Shown here: in pieces, positions 19,552 through 28,628 of the stretch | How positions within the stretch are numbered: the first letter of the stretch is position 1 | Layout: every line of letters begins with the position of its first letter | The notes under the pieces: model-generated | Told to the model about the DNA's origin: nothing | Databases searched by the model: none | The model's input: the letters and a program-made list of their open reading frames with translations, nothing else | Origin: an uncultured bacterium | Lineage (GTDB): Bacteria; Zixibacteria; MSB-5A5; GN15; FEB-12 | DNA length: 64,000 bases | NCBI GenBank assembly: GCA_965372795.1 | Contig: CBDVDR010000004.1 | Location: 1-64,000, forward strand | Reading direction: 5' to 3' | Program-made: the position numbers and the translations under genes

Positions 19552-20691
19552 TTGTTAAATGCTACTAATAATTTTGTTAAAAGAAACTTAAATAATAAAA
19601 AAGTTAATTGTAACTATGGGTTAATTATAGTTCAGCATTTGTTACCTGACACTGAATGTTTTCTTGATATTCTAAAAAAAGCTGGATTCAATATTATAAA
19701 AGTTTATGGAATTGAATATTCTACGAAAAATATTGTTCTAGAGCAAATTAAGAATAAAGACATAAGTGTTATATCGCCGAGACATAGAAATCTAAAAAAA
19801 ATCATTAGACAAGATTTAATTAATGATTTAGAAATTGGTACATCAAATTTAAAAGGTATATTTATACATGAAGTAGGTGGCTATTTTGCAGACATTTTCT
19901 CAAAACCTTTTAACATAAAAAATAGTTTTTACAATAAAATAGAAGGTGTCATTGAAGAGACAAAACAGGGACATTGGAGATATAACAGCTTAAAATCTCT
20001 AAAATTGCCAGTATTAAGTATAGCCGATTCTGTTCTGAAAGATGTTGAAGGTAAATATGTTGGTGAAAGCGTTGCAAAAGTAGTGTTTTCAGATTTAAGA
20101 GATTTAGGTCTAAAACCAAAGTCATTAAAAATAGGTGTTACTGGATTCGGAATTATCGGTGGAAGTGTGGCTAAGTCCCTTCTTAATCAATCATGTGATG
20201 TTGCAATATTTGATAAATCATCTATTAAAATAATTAATGCAACGCTTGATGGTTTTAAAATAAAAAATAAAAATAAGCTAATTAAAGAATCTGATTTGAT
20301 CATTGGTTCAAGTGGAAGTAGAGTTATATCATATAATGAACTTAAAGATCTAAAGGATAATGTAATATTGGCAAGTGCTAGTTCAAGGTCAATTGAGTAC
20401 CCTATTAATAAAATAAAGAGAACTGGCAGTATGACAGTTTTATCTGATTATGTTAAAGAATATAAAATGCCTTGGAACAAGTGCATTCGGATCATTAATG
20501 AGGGTTTTCCTATTAACTTTCGATTTAGCAGCCTTCCGATACATATCTCAGACCTAATGTTCTGTCAAATTTCTTATTGTATTTATAAGCTGATGAATGG
20601 AAAATTTAAATCTGGGCTGTATAGACTTTCAGAACAAGAAGAACAAATTATTGCAAATTTATGGTTAGATTCACATGCAAAAAGCTCTTAG
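19552..20691 (+). CDS. Divergent S-adenosylhomocysteine hydrolase-like NAD-binding protein
   Basis: QHLL, HEVGGY (cf. DDGGD), EETKQG (cf. EETTTG), PVLSIADSVLK (cf. PAINVNDSVTK), GFGIIG Rossmann motif, NEGFPINF (cf. AEGRLVNL). Confidence 0.75.
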   Translation: MLNATNNFVKRNLNNKKVNCNYGLIIVQHLLPDTECFLDILKKAGFNIIKVYGIEYSTKNIVLEQIKNKDISVISPRHRNLKKIIRQDLINDLEIGTSNLKGIFIHEVGGYFADIFSKPFNIKNSFYNKIEGVIEETKQGHWRYNSLKSLKLPVLSIADSVLKDVEGKYVGESVAKVVFSDLRDLGLKPKSLKIGVTGFGIIGGSVAKSLLNQSCDVAIFDKSSIKIINATLDGFKIKNKNKLIKESDLIIGSSGSRVISYNELKDLKDNVILASASSRSIEYPINKIKRTGSMTVLSDYVKEYKMPWNKCIRIINEGFPINFRFSSLPIHISDLMFCQISYCIYKLMNGKFKSGLYRLSEQEEQIIANLWLDSHAKSS

Positions 20692-20766
20692 ACAAAATAA
20701 TTTGTTTAACTTTTATATGAAATACACTAAGATAATTTTGAGTGATATATAAATCAATACTACGTA

Positions 20767-21546
20767 ATGATTACTCAACTCGCTTTAAAAAACTTTGAAA
20801 TAATCTGGCAACTGTTTGAAAATAAAGAGAAAGGTATGCTTGATGCTGGGGGAGCTATGTTTCTGGTTGATCCTTTTGAGCAGTTTTTTTCAAATGAGTT
20901 TGCATTCAATTTGACTGAGGAATCAGCTCATACTCATTTTCATTCACAAATGGAAAAATGGGGACAGATTGAGCAAAATGAACATGAAATAGAAATTGAA
21001 CAAGAATGTGAATTGCCCGATGGGAAAATCTTTAAGAAGACAAGGTTTAAAGATCCAGAAGTTAGATGGGCGAGAAATTTTATTATTTATTCTTTTTATA
21101 ATCTTGCATGTCTAGCTACTAATAATAAAACTATTGAAGAATTAATTTACATAGCTGTGAAAGATAGAGAAATACTAGACACAGATGGTAAAGATATTAA
21201 GGCATTTATTAAATTAATCGAATTAAGTAAATCTTTTCAATCAGCTGAATGGGCAAAAGATATAATTGATAAAGCAACTGCAAATAATAATGAAGATTTT
21301 TTTAATAAATTAAGCAAAGCTGTTAAAAAAACTACTGCTAAAGATAAATTTGATACTGCTATAAGATGGATAGGTGTAATCATGCTTTGGTATCTTGGCG
21401 GTAAACACATGAAGCCACGTCGAAATTTCATGAATCTTCTTCAACAAATGGATATAATTCCAAAATCCACAATTTTCTCAGAAGAGTCTTTTCGTAGTAT
21501 GTTATATAACTTAGGTCTTACTAAAGATTTAAGTGCAAGTAAATAA
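20767..21546 (+). CDS. Hypothetical protein (element backbone or cargo)
   Basis: 259-aa ORF, helical, no recognised motif. Confidence 0.6.
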   Translation: MITQLALKNFEIIWQLFENKEKGMLDAGGAMFLVDPFEQFFSNEFAFNLTEESAHTHFHSQMEKWGQIEQNEHEIEIEQECELPDGKIFKKTRFKDPEVRWARNFIIYSFYNLACLATNNKTIEELIYIAVKDREILDTDGKDIKAFIKLIELSKSFQSAEWAKDIIDKATANNNEDFFNKLSKAVKKTTAKDKFDTAIRWIGVIMLWYLGGKHMKPRRNFMNLLQQMDIIPKSTIFSEESFRSMLYNLGLTKDLSASK

Positions 21547-21620
21547 GCCTCATTTCTACTTTTAGCTAAAAATATTCAAATCAATTAAACTGAAGCCTCA
21601 TAATTTAATGTGAGGTAACA

Positions 21621-21809
21621 TTGCGTAAAGATCTGATTCAAAAAGCTAGAGAACTGTACGGAGATCATTACAGTCATTCTCTGTCTGATTCTGAATGTAT
21701 TGAAATAATCAGAGATCTAACCTCATTCGGTAAAGCCTTAATAGAAATCGATAAAATGAATAATCAGGGAGTTACAAATAATGAACTCAAAAATAAAAGT
21801 AGTAATTAG
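21621..21809 (+). CDS. Small hypothetical backbone protein
   Basis: GAGG RBS before TTG; overlaps the next gene. Confidence 0.5.
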   Translation: MRKDLIQKARELYGDHYSHSLSDSECIEIIRDLTSFGKALIEIDKMNNQGVTNNELKNKSSN

Positions 21810-22071
21810 AAGAGTTAAGGATACTGAGCCTTTATTGGCATTTGCTGATATTACTCTAAGAGTGAAATTCGGTGAAATAACTATAAAACGGTTTAAGATA
21901 CTTGAAAATGATTCTAAAAAGCCCTGGGTAGCTTTTCCTCAAGCTCAGTACCAGACTTTCCTATCAACAAAATATATCAATCTGCTTCACATGAATAAAA
22001 GGGTTGAGGATTACATTAAGAACCAAATTATGAAAGAATATAAGAATGCGATTAAATATAGCAAAAAATAA
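21781..22071 (+). CDS. SpoVG-like nucleic-acid/ssDNA-binding protein
   Basis: LLAFADITL....ITIKRFKILE...PWVAFPQ pattern of SpoVG; GGAG RBS. Confidence 0.7.
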   Translation: MNSKIKVVIRRVKDTEPLLAFADITLRVKFGEITIKRFKILENDSKKPWVAFPQAQYQTFLSTKYINLLHMNKRVEDYIKNQIMKEYKNAIKYSKK

Positions 22072-22082
22072 CCCTGTAATAT

Positions 22083-22310
22083 TTGGCAACTCTATTGCAG
22101 GATTGCAGACGGTAGAAATCTTCCCACCGAAGGTGGGCTACCGGTGCCAATCACTGCCGGTACCAAGTAACGCTCGCAGAGCGTTGCTTGGGGGCAGTGG
22201 TCAAAGTTGTCGGCGAAGCCGTAAATGCAGTATGCATTTCTTGCTTCTTGCGGGCGGATTTATCCTCCTCTTCTGAGCCGAAGGCGAAGCTCTTAGTTAA
22301 CTTGAAGATT
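22083..22310 (+). other. Putative replication origin: multi-hairpin single-strand origin plus candidate nick site (AACTTG/A)
   Basis: GC-rich island of hairpins with GAA/GCA/GTA triloops directly upstream of Rep; TAACTTGAAGATTA resembles the phiX174/pC194-type nick sequence. Confidence 0.65.
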
Positions 22311-22351
22311 ACAAATAAGTGTGAAAGTGACTGTTAATTAACAGATTAAAC

Positions 22352-23302
22352 ATGAACAAAGACGAAAAAACAGATAATATACAACAAGTTTATAATAAAT
22401 TTGGTAGTGCTCAAGGCAAATACCTTAAAGAAGAAGATTTAAGCTTTCGTGAAAAAGTATTTAACTCAATTCTAAATAGATCCAGAAATTATAATCAACA
22501 ATTCAATTTAACGGGTGGTAAAAGATTTAAAAAAAGATCTGAACAACTACATAAACAAGCATATAGGTTTCGATATTGTGGTTATGAGTATTTAAAATTA
22601 CAATGCAATAGCTGTTCACAAGCTTATATCTCCAGAAATAGATGTGAATCTAGAATTTGTACTCATTGCTCAAAGAAAATTGGTGCAAAAGCCAGAAAGA
22701 GTATAAATAATCTATTAGGTAATATAAAAATCACTCATCAAAAAAGAATCATGCATCTTGTAGTTACGCAAAAACATGAACGAAATTATGAGCCTAATGA
22801 ATTTGATGTTAGAAGGTTAGGTAACAATGTAAAAAAGTTAATGCATAAGTTATACCCTAAAAAAGTACATGAATGCGGGGCTTTTGGTGTTATTGAAATG
22901 GGTGAAAAAGGTAACGGCTTACATATGCATTTAATTGTATATGGTTACTTCTATCCTCAAAAATATATATCAAAAGTATGGAAAGAAATTACAGGCGATA
23001 GTGATATTGTTAATATAAGAGAAGTAGATGGAATTAAGAAATGTGTAAACTATTTATTAAAATATGTTACTAAACCTCCAGATTATAACAATCCTAATCA
23101 ACTGGCATTGTACTTAGATGCATTAACTGGTACAAGACGTATCAGAACTTATGGATTGTTTTATAATTTTCCAATTATGAAAAAGAATCTATTTCCTTGT
23201 GTTAAATGTGGAGGTCTGTTGATGTACGGCGGTACTGATGGGGGTTTAGGAATTCCACTAGATGCAATGTTTATTGAAGATGCTGTAAAAACCGCATGCT
23301 AA
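22352..23302 (+). CDS. rep: HUH rolling-circle replication initiator (Rep_1/IS91-like, Zn-binding)
   Basis: Cys cluster CG..C..C...C....C..C; HUH GLHMHLIV; catalytic YLLKY; RRIRTYG; C-terminal CVKCG. Confidence 0.85.
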   Translation: MNKDEKTDNIQQVYNKFGSAQGKYLKEEDLSFREKVFNSILNRSRNYNQQFNLTGGKRFKKRSEQLHKQAYRFRYCGYEYLKLQCNSCSQAYISRNRCESRICTHCSKKIGAKARKSINNLLGNIKITHQKRIMHLVVTQKHERNYEPNEFDVRRLGNNVKKLMHKLYPKKVHECGAFGVIEMGEKGNGLHMHLIVYGYFYPQKYISKVWKEITGDSDIVNIREVDGIKKCVNYLLKYVTKPPDYNNPNQLALYLDALTGTRRIRTYGLFYNFPIMKKNLFPCVKCGGLLMYGGTDGGLGIPLDAMFIEDAVKTAC

Positions 23303-23362
23303 GAAATTTAATAGTACAGAAACATCCTAACCTATCCAAAGGTAAGAAAGTGAGGCTTTAAA

Positions 23363-23575
23363 ATGTATTATGATTTAAAATCAATGTTAAAAAACGGAGA
23401 GATGGCAAAAATAGTGGGAGTTAATCCTAAAACTTTGAGGAAATGGGCTAAGAAAAAATGTATTACATCTTATCAAAACCCGATTAATAGATACTATTAC
23501 TATGATAAACAATTAGTATTAAAAGAGTTAAAACTAATTCAGGTTTCGATGAATCAATCTATTGACGAAAATTAA
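23363..23575 (+). CDS. MerR/Xis-type HTH protein, candidate recombination directionality factor
   Basis: LKNGEMAKIVGVNPKTLRKW..K; immediately upstream of the LSR. Confidence 0.75.
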   Translation: MYYDLKSMLKNGEMAKIVGVNPKTLRKWAKKKCITSYQNPINRYYYYDKQLVLKELKLIQVSMNQSIDEN

Positions 23576-23596
23576 TTGGAGTGTTAAATTAATTCT

Positions 23597-25069
23597 ATGC
23601 AAAAATCTATTATCTATACCAGAGTATCATCAAAAGAACAGGAAAAATCAGGCTACTCTATTCCTGCTCAAATTCGCATTCTAAGAGAGTATGCACAAAA
23701 GAATAATATTCATATAGTAAAAGAGTTTAAAGATTCTGAAACAGCAGGTAAAGCAGGTAGAACGGCATTTACTGAAATGGTTCAACTCTTAGAATGTGAT
23801 AAATCAATCAATGTGATACTTGTTGAAAAAACTGATCGATTATACCGTAACTTTAAAGATCATGTAACAATTGATGAATTGAATATTGAAATTCATTTTG
23901 TAAAAGATAATCGGATAATAGGTAAAGATTCAAAACCTTCTGATAAGTTCGTGCATGATATTGAAACAGCTCAGGCTAGATTCTACTTAAATAATTTATC
24001 TCAAGAAGTTAAAAAAGGGATGCATCAAAAAGCTCTATCAGGAAAATATCCAGGTGGACCTGTTCCCTTTGGATACTTGAGGAATAAATACACAAAATCA
24101 ATTGAGATAGATCCTGAAAGAATTGAAGTAATAAGATATTTATATGAATTATATTCTGATGGTAATAATTCTATTGATAAATTGCATGCAGAAGCTAAAA
24201 GATTAAATCTATCATATCCAAAAACAGGCAGAATAATAACAAGATCTGAAATAGATAGAATGCTAAAGAAACAATTCTATACGGGTAAATTTGTTTGGGA
24301 AGGTGTTCTATATCAAGGTGATCATCCTGCAATAATAGATTCTATGTTATTTAATCAAGTGCAAGATGTGTTTAAGCAAAGATCTAATGGCAGATTCTCG
24401 AAAAGGAATTTCACCTTTAGCAGACTAATGGAGTGTGGTCATTGTAATCATACAATTACGGCTGAGATTAAAAAGAATAAATATATTTATTATCATTGCA
24501 CCGGATACGGAAATTTACATAAGAAAGAATATGTATCTGAATCTAAAATAGATTCTATGTTTGCAGAAGTTGTAAGCAATGCATCTTTACCACATGAATT
24601 TTATATGTTCATGAAGGATTGCCTAGAATATGAATATAGTAACAAGAAGATAAAGACTGCTAGTGAAAGAGATAAATTAGAATTATCAAAAGATAAAATT
24701 GAGAATGATATGAAGAAGGCTTTCCAATCAAAAATTGAAGGTTTGATACATGAAGAATTCTTTAAATCAGTATTCAATGGTTATCAAAAACAATTAGAAT
24801 CAATAAATTACAGACTTAACAATCTAGATGAATCAATTATTAATGATTTTGAGTTTTCAATGAAAGCTATCGAACTTAGTTATAACGCTGAATCACATTA
24901 CCTTAAAGCAATTCCTGCATTAAAACGTGATGTACTAAAATCCATGCTATCGAACTGCTATTTGAAAGATGCAACCCTTTATCCCATATACAATAAAGCC
25001 TTTGACATATTCGCCAAAGGTATTGCATCTGATAATATGCGGAGAGGCAGGGATTCGAACCCTGGATAG
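23597..25069 (+). CDS. Large serine recombinase (resolvase, recombinase and Zn-ribbon domains)
   Basis: IYTRVSSKEQ catalytic Ser, DRLYRN, PFGY, CGHC...YYHC; C-terminus MRRGRDSNPG is encoded by the antisense of the tRNA. Confidence 0.95.
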   Translation: MQKSIIYTRVSSKEQEKSGYSIPAQIRILREYAQKNNIHIVKEFKDSETAGKAGRTAFTEMVQLLECDKSINVILVEKTDRLYRNFKDHVTIDELNIEIHFVKDNRIIGKDSKPSDKFVHDIETAQARFYLNNLSQEVKKGMHQKALSGKYPGGPVPFGYLRNKYTKSIEIDPERIEVIRYLYELYSDGNNSIDKLHAEAKRLNLSYPKTGRIITRSEIDRMLKKQFYTGKFVWEGVLYQGDHPAIIDSMLFNQVQDVFKQRSNGRFSKRNFTFSRLMECGHCNHTITAEIKKNKYIYYHCTGYGNLHKKEYVSESKIDSMFAEVVSNASLPHEFYMFMKDCLEYEYSNKKIKTASERDKLELSKDKIENDMKKAFQSKIEGLIHEEFFKSVFNGYQKQLESINYRLNNLDESIINDFEFSMKAIELSYNAESHYLKAIPALKRDVLKSMLSNCYLKDATLYPIYNKAFDIFAKGIASDNMRRGRDSNPG

Positions 25070-25129
25070 AGCAATATACCCTATAACGGATTAGCAATCC
25101 GCCGCTTTCAGCCGCTCAGCCACCTCTCC
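25040..25129 (-). tRNA. tRNA-Ser(GCT)
   Basis: GGAGAGG acceptor stem, anticodon arm GCGGA-TTGCTAA-TCCGT, long variable arm, GGTTCGAATCC T-loop, discriminator G, CCA not encoded. Confidence 0.95.
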
Positions 25130-25201
25130 GATCTGAATTTGTGAATGAATTATAGGTTGTTAGTGATAGAATATCAAGACCTTTTTACCGGTCAAAGCAG
25201 A

Positions 25202-26632
25202 CTATTTATCCTTCTGATAAGCAGAGACAAGTACTCTATTACCATCACTGGACAGCTCGCAATTCCGGCGGTCATCAACAATCTCGAGATAAACGATGCC
25301 AAAGTAGGCTTTTACCCCGGTATACATGATTTCCTCTGCAACTATACGGGCATCAAGAAGTTCTTTCATTGCCGCTTCTATCTGAGTTTTTTCATTTTCC
25401 AGATTCTCAAGGGTAGTAGGCAGTTCCCGCTTAAACTCTTCAAATTTGGCTAAAACTGCTTCTTGTTCTTCAGATAGCTGTTTGTCCAATTGGAGTCTAT
25501 ATAGTCCGTTTAGGGCTTCTTTGATTCGTAATTCATCTTCATTAAGTCTGTTTATTTCTTTGTGAGTATCGAAATATTTTTTCATCAATTTAGAGTCATG
25601 AGCCACTCTAATCATAGTTGCCGTGCCAGCATCAGAACCAAATCGGGCAGCTTTAATAAATTTTTTGGCTCTAATGTCTCCCCCGACAACTTTTCCATTT
25701 TTACTTTTAACGATAATTTCATTTCCGGCGGTCAGCTGACAGTTTACAATCTCATCACCTACATAGATACTACTATTTGAATTAATTCTCATTCCTTCAG
25801 CAAACTTAAAAGAAATATCACCTTCGGCGTTGATTTCACCTTCACCTTGACCAATAATACCGCCTTTGATCATGATATTGCCCTTGGAATAGATCATGCA
25901 ATCTTCGACATTTCCGGCAACTTCAACGTCACCGTCAGTTTTTATAGTAAACCCTGCTTTGATACCGCCATTAATTCTCACAGATCCACGCGAATCGATA
26001 TTGCCAACATTAAAATCAACATCTCCGCTAATTATAGTAATGTCATTAACAGAAACTTTGCCATGAGTGAAAACAATAGCTCCCGCACAAGTAGCTGTTA
26101 ATTCCAATCCATCTTTAGAGATTGAAGTATTAGCACCACACTTGAAAGGCACGTCCCTTCCATCCGGACCTTGCATCTCTTTTCCTCGAACAGTAATCCC
26201 AACATCTCCCTGTGTCGGAGGAATTTTAGTAACTAACAGTTCGCCATCGCCAACGTTTTGAATAAAATTTATATTTTTATAATCGATGTTACCTTTTTCA
26301 TCTTCAAGCGGTTTATGATCAGATGTTGTATCAAAGGAATAGATAAATTGAGCCGATTTCCCCCGCGTCGGTTTTCGGCCACTTGCAATTTTTACAGGTT
26401 GATTAAAAATTTGATCATTGATAATTTTTTCAATCGCAGTTTCATCAATCCCAAAAACTACCTCAGCATTTGCAATTTCCTGTAATACATCATTTACAGA
26501 GGAAGGCAATTCGCCAACACTGGGATGTCGTACAACTACGGTTGCCGTCATAGAATCTTTAGCAATCGTAATTTTTATTTTATTTGAGCTCGTAGATGTC
26601 TGCCCATTGGTTTTAATATTAGCTTCAACCAT
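25202..26632 (-). CDS. fapA: FapA/DUF342 family flagellar assembly protein
   Basis: IDYK..FIQNV..GELL..KIPP..G..G.TV.G; GDVDFNVGNI..GSV.I.G. Confidence 0.85.
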   Translation of the reverse strand: MVEANIKTNGQTSTSSNKIKITIAKDSMTATVVVRHPSVGELPSSVNDVLQEIANAEVVFGIDETAIEKIINDQIFNQPVKIASGRKPTRGKSAQFIYSFDTTSDHKPLEDEKGNIDYKNINFIQNVGDGELLVTKIPPTQGDVGITVRGKEMQGPDGRDVPFKCGANTSISKDGLELTATCAGAIVFTHGKVSVNDITIISGDVDFNVGNIDSRGSVRINGGIKAGFTIKTDGDVEVAGNVEDCMIYSKGNIMIKGGIIGQGEGEINAEGDISFKFAEGMRINSNSSIYVGDEIVNCQLTAGNEIIVKSKNGKVVGGDIRAKKFIKAARFGSDAGTATMIRVAHDSKLMKKYFDTHKEINRLNEDELRIKEALNGLYRLQLDKQLSEEQEAVLAKFEEFKRELPTTLENLENEKTQIEAAMKELLDARIVAEEIMYTGVKAYFGIVYLEIVDDRRNCELSSDGNRVLVSAYQKDK

Positions 26633-26647
26633 ATTAATTTCCAGAGA

Positions 26648-27046
26648 TTAAATGCTCTCTTGTTGTTTAGATGAGATTATACGCCAATATGCTCGTTCAA
26701 CTACCAACGATATCTCATGACTTTTAAATGGCTTTGTCACATATTCATCGGCGCCCAATAACATTGCATCCTTAACTGTAAAAGTATCTCCATAGGCGGT
26801 CATAATAATCACACTTGTTTGTGAATTCCCTTTTTTTATCATTTTCAATAAATCAAATCCATTCATACCGGGCATTTTCATGTCTGTAATTACTATTTCA
26901 AAATTGTCTGTTTCCATACAGTGAAGGGCTTCGATTCCATCAGAGGCTTGCTGTACACGATATCCATCACGAATTAAAATCTTTTCCAAAAGTGTTCTCA
27001 TCGTTGGATCATCATCTACTATTAGAATTGAAACTCTATCTTTCAT
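26648..27046 (-). CDS. Single-domain response regulator receiver
   Basis: ILIVDDD, TDMKMPGMNG, MTAYG, YVTKPF. Confidence 0.9.
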   Translation of the reverse strand: MKDRVSILIVDDDPTMRTLLEKILIRDGYRVQQASDGIEALHCMETDNFEIVITDMKMPGMNGFDLLKMIKKGNSQTSVIIMTAYGDTFTVKDAMLLGADEYVTKPFKSHEISLVVERAYWRIISSKQQESI

Positions 27047-27062
27047 TTTTTTCTCCGAAAAT

Positions 27063-27473
27063 TTATTTTATTAAAGTTGTAATCAATTCACTTAAAAATG
27101 TGTCAATTTCCACGGGTTTATACATTACCTTACAGGCACCCAATATCCCTGCTTCTTTGACAAGTTTATCAGTAGCATTTCCGGTAATTATAATTACCGG
27201 AAGATGTGGAGATAATATTTTTATTTCAGTTAATAAATCCAATCCTGAGATTTCAGGCATAATCAAATCGACAGTTACCAGATCATATTTTTTATCTTTA
27301 ATTTTTTGAAGAGCATCCTGGCCATTTTCAACAATGTCAACCTGAATTCCCTCAACCACATTACAAAAATCTTTGAAAGTTTCTCTAACCCATTTTTCAT
27401 CATCAACAATAAGAACTTTCATCGGAGCGTCATGCTTTTTTAAAATTTCATTATATTTTTCAATATTCAGCAT
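27063..27473 (-). CDS. Single-domain response regulator receiver
   Basis: VLIVDDE, DLIMPEISG, ITG, YKP. Confidence 0.9.
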   Translation of the reverse strand: MLNIEKYNEILKKHDAPMKVLIVDDEKWVRETFKDFCNVVEGIQVDIVENGQDALQKIKDKKYDLVTVDLIMPEISGLDLLTEIKILSPHLPVIIITGNATDKLVKEAGILGACKVMYKPVEIDTFLSELITTLIK

Positions 27474-27570
27474 AGGTGCTTTCCGTAAAAACTATCTTAA
27501 ATTGTTTATCAACAAGACCTTCACTCCCTGAAAAAAACAGGAGTAATCTATTCTTACATCTATAATAAGT

Positions 27571-27597
27571 TTATCGGCAATTTTGTGTTATTTTTAA
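27571..27597 (-). promoter_or_regulatory. sigma28 (FliA) promoter
   Basis: TTAAA-N14-GCCGATAA upstream of the two receivers and fapA. Confidence 0.7.
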
Positions 27598-27662
27598 CCA
27601 GTTGATTTGCTTCAATCGGACTATAGTCGGTCTATATATTTAGCCGGAGAGATTTGGAATTA

Positions 27663-28010
27663 TTAAATATTAACAACTTTTGATAAATCATAGCGGATTT
27701 TGCTACATTGGTCTAAAATCGAATGTAATCGAATTTCGATTTGATCTTTCCCGGATGGACTACTATTTAAAGTAATCTCCCCTTTGCCTAAATTATTAGC
27801 AGCATTCAATATTTCATTGATTTCCTGGACTACTTTAACGGTACCGTTTACTAATCTAATGAATTCAGGCTCTAGTCGTGCTAATTCTTCAGATGACCCT
27901 TTTGCTTTTGCAAGATATATAGCCAGATTCAAAGCCAAGTCTTTAACTTCATCATTCAAATAATCGACTTGATCGATCATTTTCAGGGATTTATCTCTAT
28001 TTTTTAGCAT
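27663..28010 (-). CDS. Hypothetical helical protein
   Basis: ORF continuing the operon. Confidence 0.6.
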   Translation of the reverse strand: MLKNRDKSLKMIDQVDYLNDEVKDLALNLAIYLAKAKGSSEELARLEPEFIRLVNGTVKVVQEINEILNAANNLGKGEITLNSSPSGKDQIEIRLHSILDQCSKIRYDLSKVVNI

Positions 28011-28013
28011 ACA

Positions 28014-28622
28014 CTATCTTTTTCTTACATTAGTTAATTTTCTTATTTTATCACAAAGGTGATCTGAGGCTGCTTTTTCAAGTTTTCTATAAAACTTCGA
28101 TTTCTCAGGTGCACTCAGATGCAGATCAGCATCATAACGATTATCATCAATATATGCTTGAATTACTCTGGGACCTTTGATTTCAATATTAATCGGTTCT
28201 GCTTTAAGAAGTTTTCCACGACCGATATCAATAAATCGCCATTCGCCTTCTAAAATTCCAACCGTTTGATATTTGTGAGCAAATAGCGGAATACTAAAGT
28301 TCTTTTTGGTTTCAATTCGTTCACTGATAATATTAACAAACAGCAGGTATGTCCCTCCTGCTTCAGCTCCCCAATTAAGCAAACTGTCAAAATTATAAAT
28401 GTCTTCGGGGAAATTTGGAATCAGCTCATTCGATGGATCATAATTAGCAATTTGTAATTCCTGATATCTGGTTAAATCAGTTATTAATAATTTATCAAGA
28501 TTTGTTTCTCCCCAGATGAGATCGGCAGAATTTACCTTTAATACAATATTTTTACTTATCCCGGCAAAAACAGCGGTACTAAATAATATAAAAATTAATA
28601 ACCATCGAATAACTTTAAACAT
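28014..28622 (-). CDS. Hypothetical exported protein (possibly CsgG/FlgO/FlgT-like fold)
   Basis: Signal peptide; GTYLL..I...WRFIDIGRG pattern. Confidence 0.5.
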   Translation of the reverse strand: MFKVIRWLLIFILFSTAVFAGISKNIVLKVNSADLIWGETNLDKLLITDLTRYQELQIANYDPSNELIPNFPEDIYNFDSLLNWGAEAGGTYLLFVNIISERIETKKNFSIPLFAHKYQTVGILEGEWRFIDIGRGKLLKAEPINIEIKGPRVIQAYIDDNRYDADLHLSAPEKSKFYRKLEKAASDHLCDKIRKLTNVRKR

Positions 28623-28628
28623 TTTATT

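Larger units (their letters stand above)
14887..25069. mobile_element. Integrative rolling-circle-type element inserted at the 3' end of tRNA-Ser(GCT) by a large serine recombinase; composite left end
   Basis: LSR runs into the tRNA; HUH Rep, HTH, hairpin origin; visibly AT-rich cargo; three att-like direct repeats at 14887, 15566, 16836. Confidence 0.8.

Noticed and set aside
17088..20691. Assignment to CBASS, Pycsar or Thoeris
   Set aside because: No CD-NTase, class III cyclase, TIR or SIR2 motifs are recognisable
22046..22276. 76-aa ORF
   Set aside because: It overlies the GC-rich hairpin origin; no RBS or protein-like features
24866..24955. Two GCTATCGAACT matches to the att motif inside the LSR gene
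   Set aside because: Only the short TATCGAACT core matches; no GGCTACTTG arm; likely chance
21621..25069. Inovirus or other prophage
   Set aside because: No Zot/pI ATPase, coat-like small TM proteins, terminase or capsid gene is visible
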